From Promethearchaeota archaeon (GTDB lineage: Archaea; Asgardarchaeota; Heimdallarchaeia; Hodarchaeales; Hodarchaeaceae): a stretch of DNA of 64,000 nucleotides. Under the pieces are notes generated by a model. The model ran no database searches. It saw nothing but the letters and a program-made list of their open reading frames with translations, and was not told the DNA's origin. Below are positions 20,501 through 29,605 of this stretch, piece by piece; position 1 is the first letter of the stretch, and every line of letters begins with the position of its first letter. Where the stretch lies: positions 224,001-288,000 of the forward strand of contig JBHLMN010000003.1 of the NCBI GenBank assembly GCA_048938105.1, written 5' to 3'. Position numbers and translations under genes: made by a program.

Positions 20501-21044
20501 TGCTGATAGGATAGTCGATAATCCATATCCAATCTCTGGTAATGCGGGAAATTTCGATAATTTTCCACTTGTTTTTGGTTTAGGTCACTACATCTCGCAA
20601 CTTAATATAATCTCTCCCAAAGGAGGTGAAAAATTCCTACAAGGAGATATAATTTCGATTCAATGGTCCACCGCACTCTGTTCACATGGCCATTCAATTA
20701 CTTACTCTATATACTATTCGCGTAATTCTGGTGAAACTTGGATTATACTAGCCTCAGAAGTGGTTGGAACTGAATTTTCATGGGATACGTATAATGTTGA
20801 CCCAGGGACTCAGTTTCTTATCATGGTGGTCGCAGAATGCTCTGAAGGAAAAACAATAACAGAAGCTATTGGTCAAACCTTTGAAATTTATAGTGACACT
20901 GGAATAACCACTACTACTAGTACCAGTCAAAGAGAAACTGATATTCCTTCAATCCCAGTTCCAGTTAATGTCCCAGCAATCATCATGGGATTAAGTCTAT
21001 TAGCTATCTTCAGAATCATTTTTCACAGCAAAAGTAAGGAATAA
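17571..21044 (+). CDS. Secreted surface protein: NHL beta-propeller, two NosD/CASH beta-helix modules, Ig-like domain, C-terminal TM anchor
   Basis: Signal peptide; NHL repeats (SDPQNQRVQVF, DHNNYRIQIF); repeated G.GT..NPY.IEG and NYWDDW/NFWDDW; SPKGGE Ig start; Thr-rich linker and TM helix. Confidence 0.88.
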   Translation: MKFNKHKISKYSLWIILILTIAHYKSTGSFELSDRIIEKYGITSHSYDVISSTPYNREKESLSAVKTNTIEISNPITYSDTINLDQLADCLAIDPKTGDYYLYYPRSYCVKTYDKDFNFIGTIGTEGEEGTDNDHFGNYVTNTPFGGLKVSNDGRLFVSDPQNQRVQVFNTTDRSYLTTINCSTYMPYGECPFGLDIGIDGSLYVAIYNGPVLIFDKNLTFIDSIFTANNMHTTAIDTKGRIYSGHGDTSYHEIPVYNITTKAMLYGITSVDGTDFYRPVIVRTDYRDNLYVVCDFEHRVQILNKTHGLIGTIGIPNESGNDNDHLNCPLDVAFYKGQVYVLDHNNYRIQIFAIFQTQKSININSNTDFRQQAAGKAWFGNGTVSNPYLIEGYIITAINSKHLVSISNTDVYFQIRECFFNNKYIYDSRGISFANVTNSLITDNTIYNAASDAIWLEQGSTHNNITNNVITYVGSYRSGGDAIGILQSSNNNIFNNTINKYSDGIYLGYTSLNHIYKNKIDDCDRGIRVHAGTNNNSILYNQVSHCEQWAVEMNPSAYGNIVMYNNFIDNLFIESQASDYNGDNIFNYNYWDDWTNPDENFNYIVDLPYHIYGPGNNSDLHPRTTPDFFSFIDHDPIYIDDNEDFVTLGFEGKGTKDNPYIIEGCSINSSETLIEIWHTNVHFKIQKNWLNGITKFFNGIYLYNVTHGTIVNNIILNCSAGIYQEYSKENNLINNHIINSNTGMVHTSTSANLIEGNRVHDCTQTGIYLFNTNYTIISYNAIFNNSNAGIHLASCNNNTMFNNTFNDNDDSGVELDSANSNNIFSNIIQNDGIGMILRSSNKNYFSKNIISRSLYSGIDVGTCASNTFLNNTLFDNNDNGILLVNSINNNLINNSIFQNDRGIHLHNINNQGNIISGNIIKYHNSSGIILDYQAENNQITGNYFIGNNQGGRQAEDNGVNNIFSYNFWDDWITPDENADRIVDNPYPISGNAGNFDNFPLVFGLGHYISQLNIISPKGGEKFLQGDIISIQWSTALCSHGHSITYSIYYSRNSGETWIILASEVVGTEFSWDTYNVDPGTQFLIMVVAECSEGKTITEAIGQTFEIYSDTGITTTTSTSQRETDIPSIPVPVNVPAIIMGLSLLAIFRIIFHSKSKE

Positions 21045-21134
21045 TAACCATCAAATAACCAGAGAACATAATAATCTTAGGTTATTATATTTAGTTCAAC
21101 ACGATCTCTCTCCCTACAGACAATCTCATTTTTT

Positions 21135-22418
21135 TTGAAGGTATTAATTGTGAAATTTAGATTTTCGACAGCTGAAGAACAAGCTAAACAATTAGACTTA
21201 CAAGATCCCTTAGCTGAGTTCCGTTCACGATTCTTTATCCCTGTAAATACAATCTATCTTGATGGAAATTCATTAGGCTTATTACCAAAAGATGCTGAAA
21301 AATGTCTTCTCAGGGTAATGAAGGAATGGAAAACATTAGGAATTCAAGGATGGTTTGAGGGGGAAAGACCATGGTGGCATTTTGGTGAAGACCTGGGGGC
21401 AATGGCCGCCCCTTTGGTTGGAGCTGAACCAATTGAAGTTGCTGCTACTGGCACAACAACTGTTAATCTTCATTCACTTGTGAGTACTTTTTATCATCCA
21501 AATGGAAAGAGAACTAAAATTCTGGCAGATGAACTTGATTTTCCTACTGACATTTATACTCTGAAAAGCCAGATAAAACTCAAGGGATTAGATCCTAATC
21601 AACATTTGGTTCTTGTACCTCCGAACGACCGTTTTTTCGATGAAGATACAATTGTTAAACACATGACTGATGATATTGCCCTAATCATGCTTCCATCAGC
21701 TCTTTATCGTAGTGGTCAATTACTCAATATGGCCTATTTAACAGAGGAAGCACATGAACGAGGAATCCCTATTGGTTTCGATTGTTGTCACTCCGTTGGA
21801 GCTGTACCTCACTACTTTGATGATTGGGGAGTAGACTTTGCTGTTTGGTGCAGTTATAAATATTTGAATTCAGGTCCAGGTGGTACAGCATTTCTATACA
21901 TTAATAAGAAGCATTTTTATAAGGAACCAGGTCTTACAGGCTGGTTTGGATATGTGAAAGAAAAGCAATTCGATATGCTACTAGATTTCGAACATGCCAA
22001 ATCAGCTGGAGGATGGCAGATGTCCAGCTCTAATATACTATGTTCTGCACCCATTGAAGGAGCATTAATGGTAACCTTAGAAGCAGGTATCCATAGAATT
22101 CGTGAGAAATCAATTAAAATGACCTCGTATTTGATTTATCTGATTGACAAACTTCTTACTGAAGATCCTTACAATTTTGAGGTAGGTACACCGCGTAATC
22201 CTGATCGTAGAACAGGTCATGTAGCAATCGAACATGATGAAGCATTTCGAATTTCTGAAGCTCTGAAAGCCCGTGGTGTTATCACTGATTTTCGTCCTCC
22301 TAATATTATCAGAGTTGCTCCTGTGGCTCTCTATAATACCTATCATGAAGTTTGGCGAATCGTGCAGTTTTTACAGGAAATTATCAATAAGCAGGAGTAC
22401 CTTGAATATTCTAAATGA
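21135..22418 (+). CDS. kynU: Kynureninase
   Basis: YLDGNSLG, FPTD, DCCHSVG, WCSYKYLNSGPG, DFRPPNIIR. Confidence 0.95.
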   Translation: MKVLIVKFRFSTAEEQAKQLDLQDPLAEFRSRFFIPVNTIYLDGNSLGLLPKDAEKCLLRVMKEWKTLGIQGWFEGERPWWHFGEDLGAMAAPLVGAEPIEVAATGTTTVNLHSLVSTFYHPNGKRTKILADELDFPTDIYTLKSQIKLKGLDPNQHLVLVPPNDRFFDEDTIVKHMTDDIALIMLPSALYRSGQLLNMAYLTEEAHERGIPIGFDCCHSVGAVPHYFDDWGVDFAVWCSYKYLNSGPGGTAFLYINKKHFYKEPGLTGWFGYVKEKQFDMLLDFEHAKSAGGWQMSSSNILCSAPIEGALMVTLEAGIHRIREKSIKMTSYLIYLIDKLLTEDPYNFEVGTPRNPDRRTGHVAIEHDEAFRISEALKARGVITDFRPPNIIRVAPVALYNTYHEVWRIVQFLQEIINKQEYLEYSK

Positions 22419-22442
22419 CCAAAAAACGCTGGTTAAAGCTGA

Positions 22443-23054
22443 ATGAGAAATCCACTTTCTCGAAAATTATCTTTCAAACTAATTTGGGAAAGTTACAAGT
22501 CAAAAGAAGTGGAATCTCGGCGATTAATCCTGCAAAAAGGTCGAATGGAATCTAGACTCCATATCATTCTCAAAGTACTTGCATTTTGTTATTTTTGGGA
22601 TAGAAATCTGATTATAGAACCACGTTTTCCGTTTAATCGTTATAAACCTGATTTAATTTCTTGGCAGAAGTCTGAAATCCCCACAAAAGAGGAACTGATT
22701 CCAGATCTATGGATTGAGTGTAAAGCAGTCAACCTCAAGAAATTGATAAGGTTGAGTCATGCTTTTCCTCAAAGTTCTATTGTCTGGATGCACTCATTGC
22801 AGCCATTATCCAGAACGGTTAGAAATATTGAGTCTAAGAACGCAAAATATCGATTAGCTTTAAATCTTCACTTCATCGGCATTGAAACTGCACATAAAAA
22901 TTGGATTCTTCTTGAAGAAAGCATGGAAAATAGACACATTCAATGGGTGGCGACTCAACCTATCAGAAATTCTATAATGATTGAAATTAAAAACATGAAT
23001 GGATATCCAATTCCTTTTCAATTTCATGATCTTCTTACCACTATCAAAAAATAA
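22443..23054 (+). CDS. YaeQ-like PD-(D/E)XK fold protein
   Basis: ESRLHIILKVLAF, YKPDL, LWIECK. Confidence 0.7.
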   Translation: MRNPLSRKLSFKLIWESYKSKEVESRRLILQKGRMESRLHIILKVLAFCYFWDRNLIIEPRFPFNRYKPDLISWQKSEIPTKEELIPDLWIECKAVNLKKLIRLSHAFPQSSIVWMHSLQPLSRTVRNIESKNAKYRLALNLHFIGIETAHKNWILLEESMENRHIQWVATQPIRNSIMIEIKNMNGYPIPFQFHDLLTTIKK

Positions 23055-23086
23055 ATTTAGTAGAAACACATTGCTAAAGCGATTTT

Positions 23087-23971
23087 ATGTCACAAATCCA
23101 TATTCGGGCGTTGAAGGAAACAGATGCAAATTTTCTAAATCACCTTGATTCGCAGGTTAAATGGGGATTTAGCCAAAAACCACCAGATATATTTCTAGAA
23201 TTTAGTAACTCTGCATATCTTGCAGAAGATTCTGTCCTTAAAGTTCCTTATGGAATAGTAGTAACCTATCATTATCCTCCTTCTACAGGATGGATTGGAT
23301 TTCTAATCGTAGATGAAAAATATAGGGAAAAGGGAATTGGACGAACACTATTCTCAAAAGCTGTTGATCATTTACTAGAGATTGGATGTAAAGAAATCCT
23401 CTTAGATGCTGTTCCTGATGCTGTAAGTCTTTATGAAAGTTTTCGCTTTTCTAGGATTGAAAGGTCTTTACGATTAAAAATCTCGTTAAGCAATCTTTTA
23501 GAATCTACAATTTCCTCTCCACAAAGCTTTCATATGCGAAAAAAGCACATTAAAGACATAGGAAAATACGATCTGTCAATCTTTGGAGCAGAAAGGAAGA
23601 AAATCTTTGTAACCATGCTAAAAAACCCTAAAAGTGAAGGAGTAATATTCTTTCAGGATAAGATAGTGAAAGGATATGGATTCATCCGTTTTTCTAAAAG
23701 TTCATTTTCAATTGGTCCATTGTTGGCAAATAGCTCTGATGTTGCTTTTGATATAATAAGTAAATTAATTCAGATAGGTATTCTTCATTGTAAGAAATGT
23801 GAATGGATTCTCATTGGAATCACAGAGACTTCTAGTATTCCATTACAATTCTTTTATCATTTAGGCTTTAAAGAATATAATTACTCTATACGCATGCGAT
23901 ATGGTACTAATCAAAGGAAAAAACGAAAAACAAACCTCATTTATAGCATTGCTGCTCCTGCAATGGGTTGA
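23087..23971 (+). CDS. GNAT acetyltransferase (YitH-like, two-domain)
   Basis: VDEKYREKGIGRTL, LDA…LYESFRF, IGPLLA. Confidence 0.88.
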   Translation: MSQIHIRALKETDANFLNHLDSQVKWGFSQKPPDIFLEFSNSAYLAEDSVLKVPYGIVVTYHYPPSTGWIGFLIVDEKYREKGIGRTLFSKAVDHLLEIGCKEILLDAVPDAVSLYESFRFSRIERSLRLKISLSNLLESTISSPQSFHMRKKHIKDIGKYDLSIFGAERKKIFVTMLKNPKSEGVIFFQDKIVKGYGFIRFSKSSFSIGPLLANSSDVAFDIISKLIQIGILHCKKCEWILIGITETSSIPLQFFYHLGFKEYNYSIRMRYGTNQRKKRKTNLIYSIAAPAMG

Positions 23972-24018
23972 TTGGATTAGAATGTAATCTGTTTTACTAA
24001 AAATCATGGTGAAGGAAA

Positions 24019-24510
24019 ATGAATAAACTACAAACCATTCAATTTTTAAAAAATAATCATCAAAAATTGGAGAAAGTTATTAACAGGTTAGAAGAGAACC
24101 AAATGGTTGAAGATATTATTTCAATAAAGTGGACAGTAAAAGATATTTTAGCTCATATCTCTGCTTGGAATTTAGAACTTATCAAAGCCATTGATGACCT
24201 TTTAAACAATCAAGAACCTTGGTTTACTAATGAGGAAGAATTAACAGAGGCAGAATTCAATGAACTTGAGACTGAAAAACGCAAAGCTTGGTCTTTAAAT
24301 CAAGTATTAGAAGAATGGCAGAGTTCATTTGACGAATTAATCAGCAAGATTGAAAGTTTATCAAGTACTGAATGGGACTATCAAACAGCTTTTAAATGGG
24401 GGGGTGAAATGCCAGTTTCCGTTAATTCCTTGTTTGAGTACACATATAAAGGTGAAGGACATGAAGGTGGTCACGCAAAACAAATTAAAGACCATTATAG
24501 AAAGAAATGA
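24019..24510 (+). CDS. DinB-superfamily four-helix bundle protein
   Basis: WTVKDILAHISAW and C-terminal HEGGH. Confidence 0.85.
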   Translation: MNKLQTIQFLKNNHQKLEKVINRLEENQMVEDIISIKWTVKDILAHISAWNLELIKAIDDLLNNQEPWFTNEEELTEAEFNELETEKRKAWSLNQVLEEWQSSFDELISKIESLSSTEWDYQTAFKWGGEMPVSVNSLFEYTYKGEGHEGGHAKQIKDHYRKK

Positions 24511-24533
24511 TCTCTCGAGGATTTACCAATTGA

Positions 24534-25364
24534 TTATCCTTTACCAGTAATAAAATTGGTCTTTTTAATGAATAAGGAAGTACCTACAATACTTATTGCG
24601 TATAAGGAATAAATGATTGGTGATATCATAGAATAAGCTTCTAGCGTTATTAATCCTAAATCAATTGATAATATAGAAACATTAATGAAATAATGAAACA
24701 TACTCGCTAAGAACAAACTTTGATTTGTATTGTTGAATGCCCATCCAATAACTATTGAATAGGCTATTATCTTTATTAAATACAAAACGAGGTTTGTATC
24801 AGTCCAAATTCCTGTTAACCACAACGGGAGATGCCACAATCCCCAAGCAAGGCCTACAATAATACTAGAAACCAATGGGGAATACTTTTGCTGTAGATGA
24901 GGTTGTAAGAATCCTCGCCAACCCAATTCTTCTCCTGTAGCTCCAGTAATAAGGGCAATAAGTATCATGAAAATGATGTAAAACCAGTTGATTTCAACTT
25001 GAGACGGAGCCCCACCAAAGAAATAATAAACTAAAATGATTAACACTGAGATAATAGCAGGTGAAAAACCAATTAAAAGCCAAATTGGACTTAATTGGTA
25101 CTTTTTCCATCCTAGAAAAAGATTTTTTAGTCCTTCCTTATCTCTGAGAATGAAATACACCACTAAAAGAACTGCGATATTTGGAGTCCATGCACTAAGG
25201 ATTTGTAATGGCTCAAATGGAATCCAGAAGTAAAGTAAGATAATGAACCAATGTGCAAAAAAACTTAGAGAGTAAAAAGCAATTATAGCTAATAAGATTG
25301 GTTTAGAATCTCCTAATGACTTTTGTGTTATCAAATTGCTGTCACTTGACATAAACAGACCCAC
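24534..25364 (-). CDS. CPBP/CAAX (Abi) intramembrane metalloprotease
   Basis: EELGWRG, WGLWHLP, HYFIN. Confidence 0.92.
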   Translation of the reverse strand: MGLFMSSDSNLITQKSLGDSKPILLAIIAFYSLSFFAHWFIILLYFWIPFEPLQILSAWTPNIAVLLVVYFILRDKEGLKNLFLGWKKYQLSPIWLLIGFSPAIISVLIILVYYFFGGAPSQVEINWFYIIFMILIALITGATGEELGWRGFLQPHLQQKYSPLVSSIIVGLAWGLWHLPLWLTGIWTDTNLVLYLIKIIAYSIVIGWAFNNTNQSLFLASMFHYFINVSILSIDLGLITLEAYSMISPIIYSLYAISIVGTSLFIKKTNFITGKG

Positions 25365-25549
25365 TTAGTAATTGATTTCCAAAAAATCCTAAGTCATGTT
25401 TTACGAATTCATTTTTAAGATTAAATCTTCTGGCATAAAAACGGACAAAATCACTTTTTTTTTCTTGGCTATGAGGGTTAATAGATAGAATTTACTAATG
25501 AAAAGTTTGAAGAGGTTCAATCTTCGATGATATTAAGAGATGCATTATA

Positions 25550-26047
25550 ATGGTATTTGAGATTATTGTGTTTAATGGCCTATTTTATACAACTAGTTGT
25601 ACTATATATCTGTTGATTTTCATGATTACTTTCAATCCTCGAATATGGGGTTATCAGGATTATCCAGAGAAAATCAAGGAAAAAGTACCACCACAAACTC
25701 GAAGAGAAAGAATTATCGCGGGTTTGGTGGGCATACCCTGGTTATTGTTCCTTCTAGGTTATCCTTTGATTTCTACAATTTCCTTAAAAACTGAGTTTAA
25801 TGGTGAAATTCCATACGAAATAGCATTTTTGAACATATTTTTCATGGTTTTTTCGTTTTTTCTAATTGATTTAGTAGTTCTAGATTGGTTAATTATAAGC
25901 AAAATTACCCCAAAGTTTGTAATCATTGAGGGTACCACTCCTGAAGATTATAAAGATTTTTCTCATCATTATAAAGGTCATCTTATTGCAGTTATTCCTC
26001 TAATTTTGATTTGTGTTGTATTTTCCGCAATTATTATATTTTTTTAG
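25550..26047 (+). CDS. Hypothetical 4-TM membrane protein
   Basis: Four hydrophobic segments; QDYP and IDLVVLDW motifs. Confidence 0.75.
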   Translation: MVFEIIVFNGLFYTTSCTIYLLIFMITFNPRIWGYQDYPEKIKEKVPPQTRRERIIAGLVGIPWLLFLLGYPLISTISLKTEFNGEIPYEIAFLNIFFMVFSFFLIDLVVLDWLIISKITPKFVIIEGTTPEDYKDFSHHYKGHLIAVIPLILICVVFSAIIIFF

Positions 26048-26184
26048 TACCTCTAATCACTTTCCTTATCAAAAGGGAGGATATTTATTCACATCTTTGA
26101 TAGAGTATGTGTATAGTTCAACTTATCCTCGTTAATTGTAGTCGAATTATGGTTACTGACACATTTACCACAGGAGATAGTTAT

Positions 26185-26292
26185 ATGACAGATATGAATA
26201 ACCTAATCTTTTTAATGTATATAATTTTCGGCATAGGCGTTTTTATTTTTGAATCATATAAGATCTGGAAGATGAATCCCGAGCAAATATAG
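26185..26292 (+). CDS. Possible 35-aa single-TM protein
   Basis: AGGAG RBS 8 nt before ATG 26185; MTDMNNLIFLMYIIFGIGVFIFESYKIWKMNPEQI. Confidence 0.3.
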   Translation: MTDMNNLIFLMYIIFGIGVFIFESYKIWKMNPEQI

Positions 26293-26444
26293 TAATTGAA
26301 GCCTTCTGAAAAACCCTCAGACAAGAATTACTCCACGCTATCAACAATCAATGTACACATTATCCTTGAAAGAAGTCTTCTCTATGTCGTAAAATCATCA
26401 TTTTGCGACATTAGATTAAAAAACTCTGAAATCTAGATTCTACT

Positions 26445-27146
26445 TTACTTGCTATATTCACCTTGAAGGGGAACATACAAGACTTTCTCGATTGATTTTT
26501 TTGTAATTTTTCCACCAACTCCTTTTTCAAGTAAAATGAGATCTTGGCCTCTTCCAGGTACCTCACAAGGTGTAATTAACTTCCCTCCTTCTTTAAGCTG
26601 ATAAATAAGAGGAGGTGGAATCTGGATACAGGCTGCAGTTAAACATATTTTATCATATGGAGCATTCTGTAGATACCCTTTTCCTCCATCTCCCTCAATT
26701 AAAAATAAATTCAAGTATTTAAATTGAGAGACCCTTTTTTTGGCATATAGATATGTTTCATGATCTATTTCGATTGAGGTAACCAATCCATTTGGCCTAA
26801 CTATTTCTGCAGCTAAAACTGCTCCATAGCCAGAACCCGTCCCCACTTCGAGAAATCTGTCACCAGGAGATAATCCAATTGCCTCATAAAACATTGGATA
26901 CGAATGTGGACAGGATATCGTTGCTTTTCTTCCAGGAAGAGGAAACGGAAGTTCTTCGTAAGTATGATCTCGATATTGAAATGGAACAAATAATTCACGA
27001 GGGATTTTAAGTATTGCTTCCTCAATAACTTTTGATTTAAGAAAACCCCTTCTTTTCAAAGAAGCTATTTTTTTTCGTCTTTCGTGATTAAAATTCTCCT
27101 TAGTTTTTACTGATGGCTTGGGAGGAGGAATGATCCATCCGAACAT
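26445..27146 (-). CDS. pcm: Protein-L-isoaspartate O-methyltransferase
   Basis: PRELFVP, LEVGTGSGY, GDGGKG, APYDKI, QLKEGG, YVPL. Confidence 0.93.
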   Translation of the reverse strand: MFGWIIPPPKPSVKTKENFNHERRKKIASLKRRGFLKSKVIEEAILKIPRELFVPFQYRDHTYEELPFPLPGRKATISCPHSYPMFYEAIGLSPGDRFLEVGTGSGYGAVLAAEIVRPNGLVTSIEIDHETYLYAKKRVSQFKYLNLFLIEGDGGKGYLQNAPYDKICLTAACIQIPPPLIYQLKEGGKLITPCEVPGRGQDLILLEKGVGGKITKKSIEKVLYVPLQGEYSK

Positions 27147-27295
27147 TCGGCTTCAACCTTGTACATGAATAATAAAACTAAATTGAATAGTTAAATTATA
27201 CAGGAATTACTCTCAAAATAAGCTTTTAACCTCTTTACCTGGTTCAAACCAATTAAAGATCATTCTTTCTTATTTTATTCTAGGAGAATTTACAA

Positions 27296-28168
27296 ATGGG
27301 TTTATGCTTTGGTGTCAGACCCTTTGAGTTTCAAGACTTTATTGGGATGATACAAAAAGGACAAATAGATATAACCAGTGTAAACTATACTGATGTAGTA
27401 AAAAACAGCTTACAAGGCAATTTTCACCATTTTGAGATTACTGGTGATTTAGCATATGTTTTACCAGGACTTCTTCATAAGAATATAATAGATCAAATAA
27501 ATGAGTTCAGATTAAGCAATAATTACACTTGTTCAGTCCACTTACCTCTTTGGTCAATCGAATTAGCATCACCCAATGTTCACATAAGAAAAGCCTCAAT
27601 TGAATGCATTATTGAAACAATAGAATTGACTAGGCAATTAAATCCTATTTGTTGGATAATACACGCAACTGGAGCATTGATTTCAGAATTTTCACGAATC
27701 AATTTACCAAATTTTGTGAAATCATATTTATACAAACAATTTGCTTCAACTGCGCAAGAAAGTATAGAACAAATTCTTAGTCAGACAAATATTTCTTCAC
27801 GGAAAATAGCTGTTGAGAATGTTGAATTTCCTTTCAGAGAAATGGAGGAATGTTTAGAAAATCTAGATTTAAGCGTGTGTTTTGATACTGGACATCTTCT
27901 AGCTGGTTATTCTGGAGAATGGGAGGGAGGAGTTGTAGAGTTTTTCGAATCATACAAAGATCGTATCATCGAATTACATCTTCACGATGGGAAGAAACCA
28001 CGAATAGACCATAAACCTCTCGGTCAGTATGATCTTCCTGTCAAAGAGTTATTAACCAGTTTACTGGAGAATAGTTTTTCAGGTCCAATTGTTTTCGAAA
28101 TAGACCTTGAGGATGTAAAAGAAGCGATAATTTATATACAGGAGAAAGTACCTGAAGCTATACTTTGA
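27296..28168 (+). CDS. AP-endonuclease-2/xylose-isomerase-like TIM barrel (possibly CbiR-like phosphodiesterase)
   Basis: SVHLP, AVENVE, CFDTGH, LHLHDG, DHKPLG, VFE. Confidence 0.8.
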   Translation: MGLCFGVRPFEFQDFIGMIQKGQIDITSVNYTDVVKNSLQGNFHHFEITGDLAYVLPGLLHKNIIDQINEFRLSNNYTCSVHLPLWSIELASPNVHIRKASIECIIETIELTRQLNPICWIIHATGALISEFSRINLPNFVKSYLYKQFASTAQESIEQILSQTNISSRKIAVENVEFPFREMEECLENLDLSVCFDTGHLLAGYSGEWEGGVVEFFESYKDRIIELHLHDGKKPRIDHKPLGQYDLPVKELLTSLLENSFSGPIVFEIDLEDVKEAIIYIQEKVPEAIL

Positions 28169-29028
28169 TGAAAAAGGCAACTAATGGGATAAAAATAGAG
28201 GAAAAACCAATGGAACAGATTTCTGATCTTCTAAAAAGACACACTAGTTTTATAGTACTGATAACGATCATCTATTTTTTTTCAGCTATCACTGTTCTTA
28301 TTATGCCAAAGGGGTTTGAGATTTCTCAACTGACTGATAGTTACATTCTCTTTGGTCCTTCTCTTTCAGCTATTATCTTATTATTAACCATTGGAGGATA
28401 CCTTGTCTATCGCTATCTGATAAAACCGTCTCCTCGAAAGGAAAGTATGTATCAACTCATTTGGGGAGTGTCTTTCTTACTTTACAGTATTACTTTTATT
28501 GGTATGTGTATACAATCCCTTGGGTTCCAATTTGCTGATATGGATGATCCATTTATTTTTCTTCTTTGGCGAAATCCAATGATCTTGTGGGCCACTGGTA
28601 TGTTCATTGGTACAATGATGTTGTTTACAGAAGATAAAAAGGTAATTTATATCCCAGCATTAATAATCCTCCTCGCTGGTGAATTTTGGTTCTCTTTTCG
28701 TCTTGTACTCTTTGTAGATGCAAATTCTATTGAACAAACCATGTATGGATTCCTATTTGGCGAATTTATTCCAGTATCAGTATTGATTGCTTATCTTTTC
28801 TATTCTTACGGGAAAAATTCTAAATTATCTTCCGCATGGATGCTGACAATTGGCTTTTCTCTATTATCCTTAACCTATGCAGCTTGGGCGCCATGGCATT
28901 TTTCAGATCTTCGATACATCTACTTTATTTGGTTTGACCTATTTCTTGTTTCATTAGCGTTTATATTGACTGGTTTTTTTGCATTACCAAAGGAGATAAT
29001 GAGTAAATTAGAAACTGAAGAATATTAG
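28165..29028 (+). CDS. Hypothetical polytopic membrane protein (~8 TM)
   Basis: Hydrophobic segments; overlaps the upstream stop codon. Confidence 0.8.
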   Translation: MMKKATNGIKIEEKPMEQISDLLKRHTSFIVLITIIYFFSAITVLIMPKGFEISQLTDSYILFGPSLSAIILLLTIGGYLVYRYLIKPSPRKESMYQLIWGVSFLLYSITFIGMCIQSLGFQFADMDDPFIFLLWRNPMILWATGMFIGTMMLFTEDKKVIYIPALIILLAGEFWFSFRLVLFVDANSIEQTMYGFLFGEFIPVSVLIAYLFYSYGKNSKLSSAWMLTIGFSLLSLTYAAWAPWHFSDLRYIYFIWFDLFLVSLAFILTGFFALPKEIMSKLETEEY

Positions 29029-29036
29029 CCTTGATT

Positions 29037-29552
29037 TTAGTTGTTTACTGCTCTAAAGATATCTCTTAATTGAATTAAAGCATTTTTAATTAATTGAAAG
29101 GGTCGTTCAAATGGAGGATTAAAATAGGGGTCTGGAACATTATCACTGATTCCTAAAGTAAATTCTAGTAATAGAAAGGTCTGTCCCCTAAATTTTTTGG
29201 GTATTCTTCGAATATGGTTTCTCTCCATAACTAATACAAGATCCGTATCATGAAACATGTTGGGATAATCAAGAAAATATCTTGGTGTGAATTCAGCAAT
29301 TCTTTCAGCTGAAACACCTTCCCTTAACAGCATATCACGAGCTTCCATTGAGATAGAATAGTTGCGATATGTAACCCCACCTGATTTTATGCGTATTTTC
29401 TTCTTTAGCTTCAAGTCTTCTTCAATGAGGTGTTCAAAAAGCAGATGGGCATAGGGGCTTCGAATAATATTCCCTGAACAAATAAAAATAATATTGAAGC
29501 TATTTGCTTCTCTGAATTTCTGTAAAATAATTTTTTTTTGGTTTTCATACAA
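29037..29552 (-). CDS. Low-molecular-weight protein-tyrosine phosphatase family
   Basis: P-loop CSGNIIRS and VPDPY. Confidence 0.88.
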   Translation of the reverse strand: MYENQKKIILQKFREANSFNIIFICSGNIIRSPYAHLLFEHLIEEDLKLKKKIRIKSGGVTYRNYSISMEARDMLLREGVSAERIAEFTPRYFLDYPNMFHDTDLVLVMERNHIRRIPKKFRGQTFLLLEFTLGISDNVPDPYFNPPFERPFQLIKNALIQLRDIFRAVNN

Positions 29553-29605
29553 GGATTCAATTTTCCTATCAATTTCTTCTGACTCTCATGTGAATAGTAA
29601 TCCTA

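Noticed and set aside
28165-29028. Possible rhodopsin or GPCR-like 7TM protein
   Set aside because: No retinal-binding Lys motif in the last helix and no receptor motifs.
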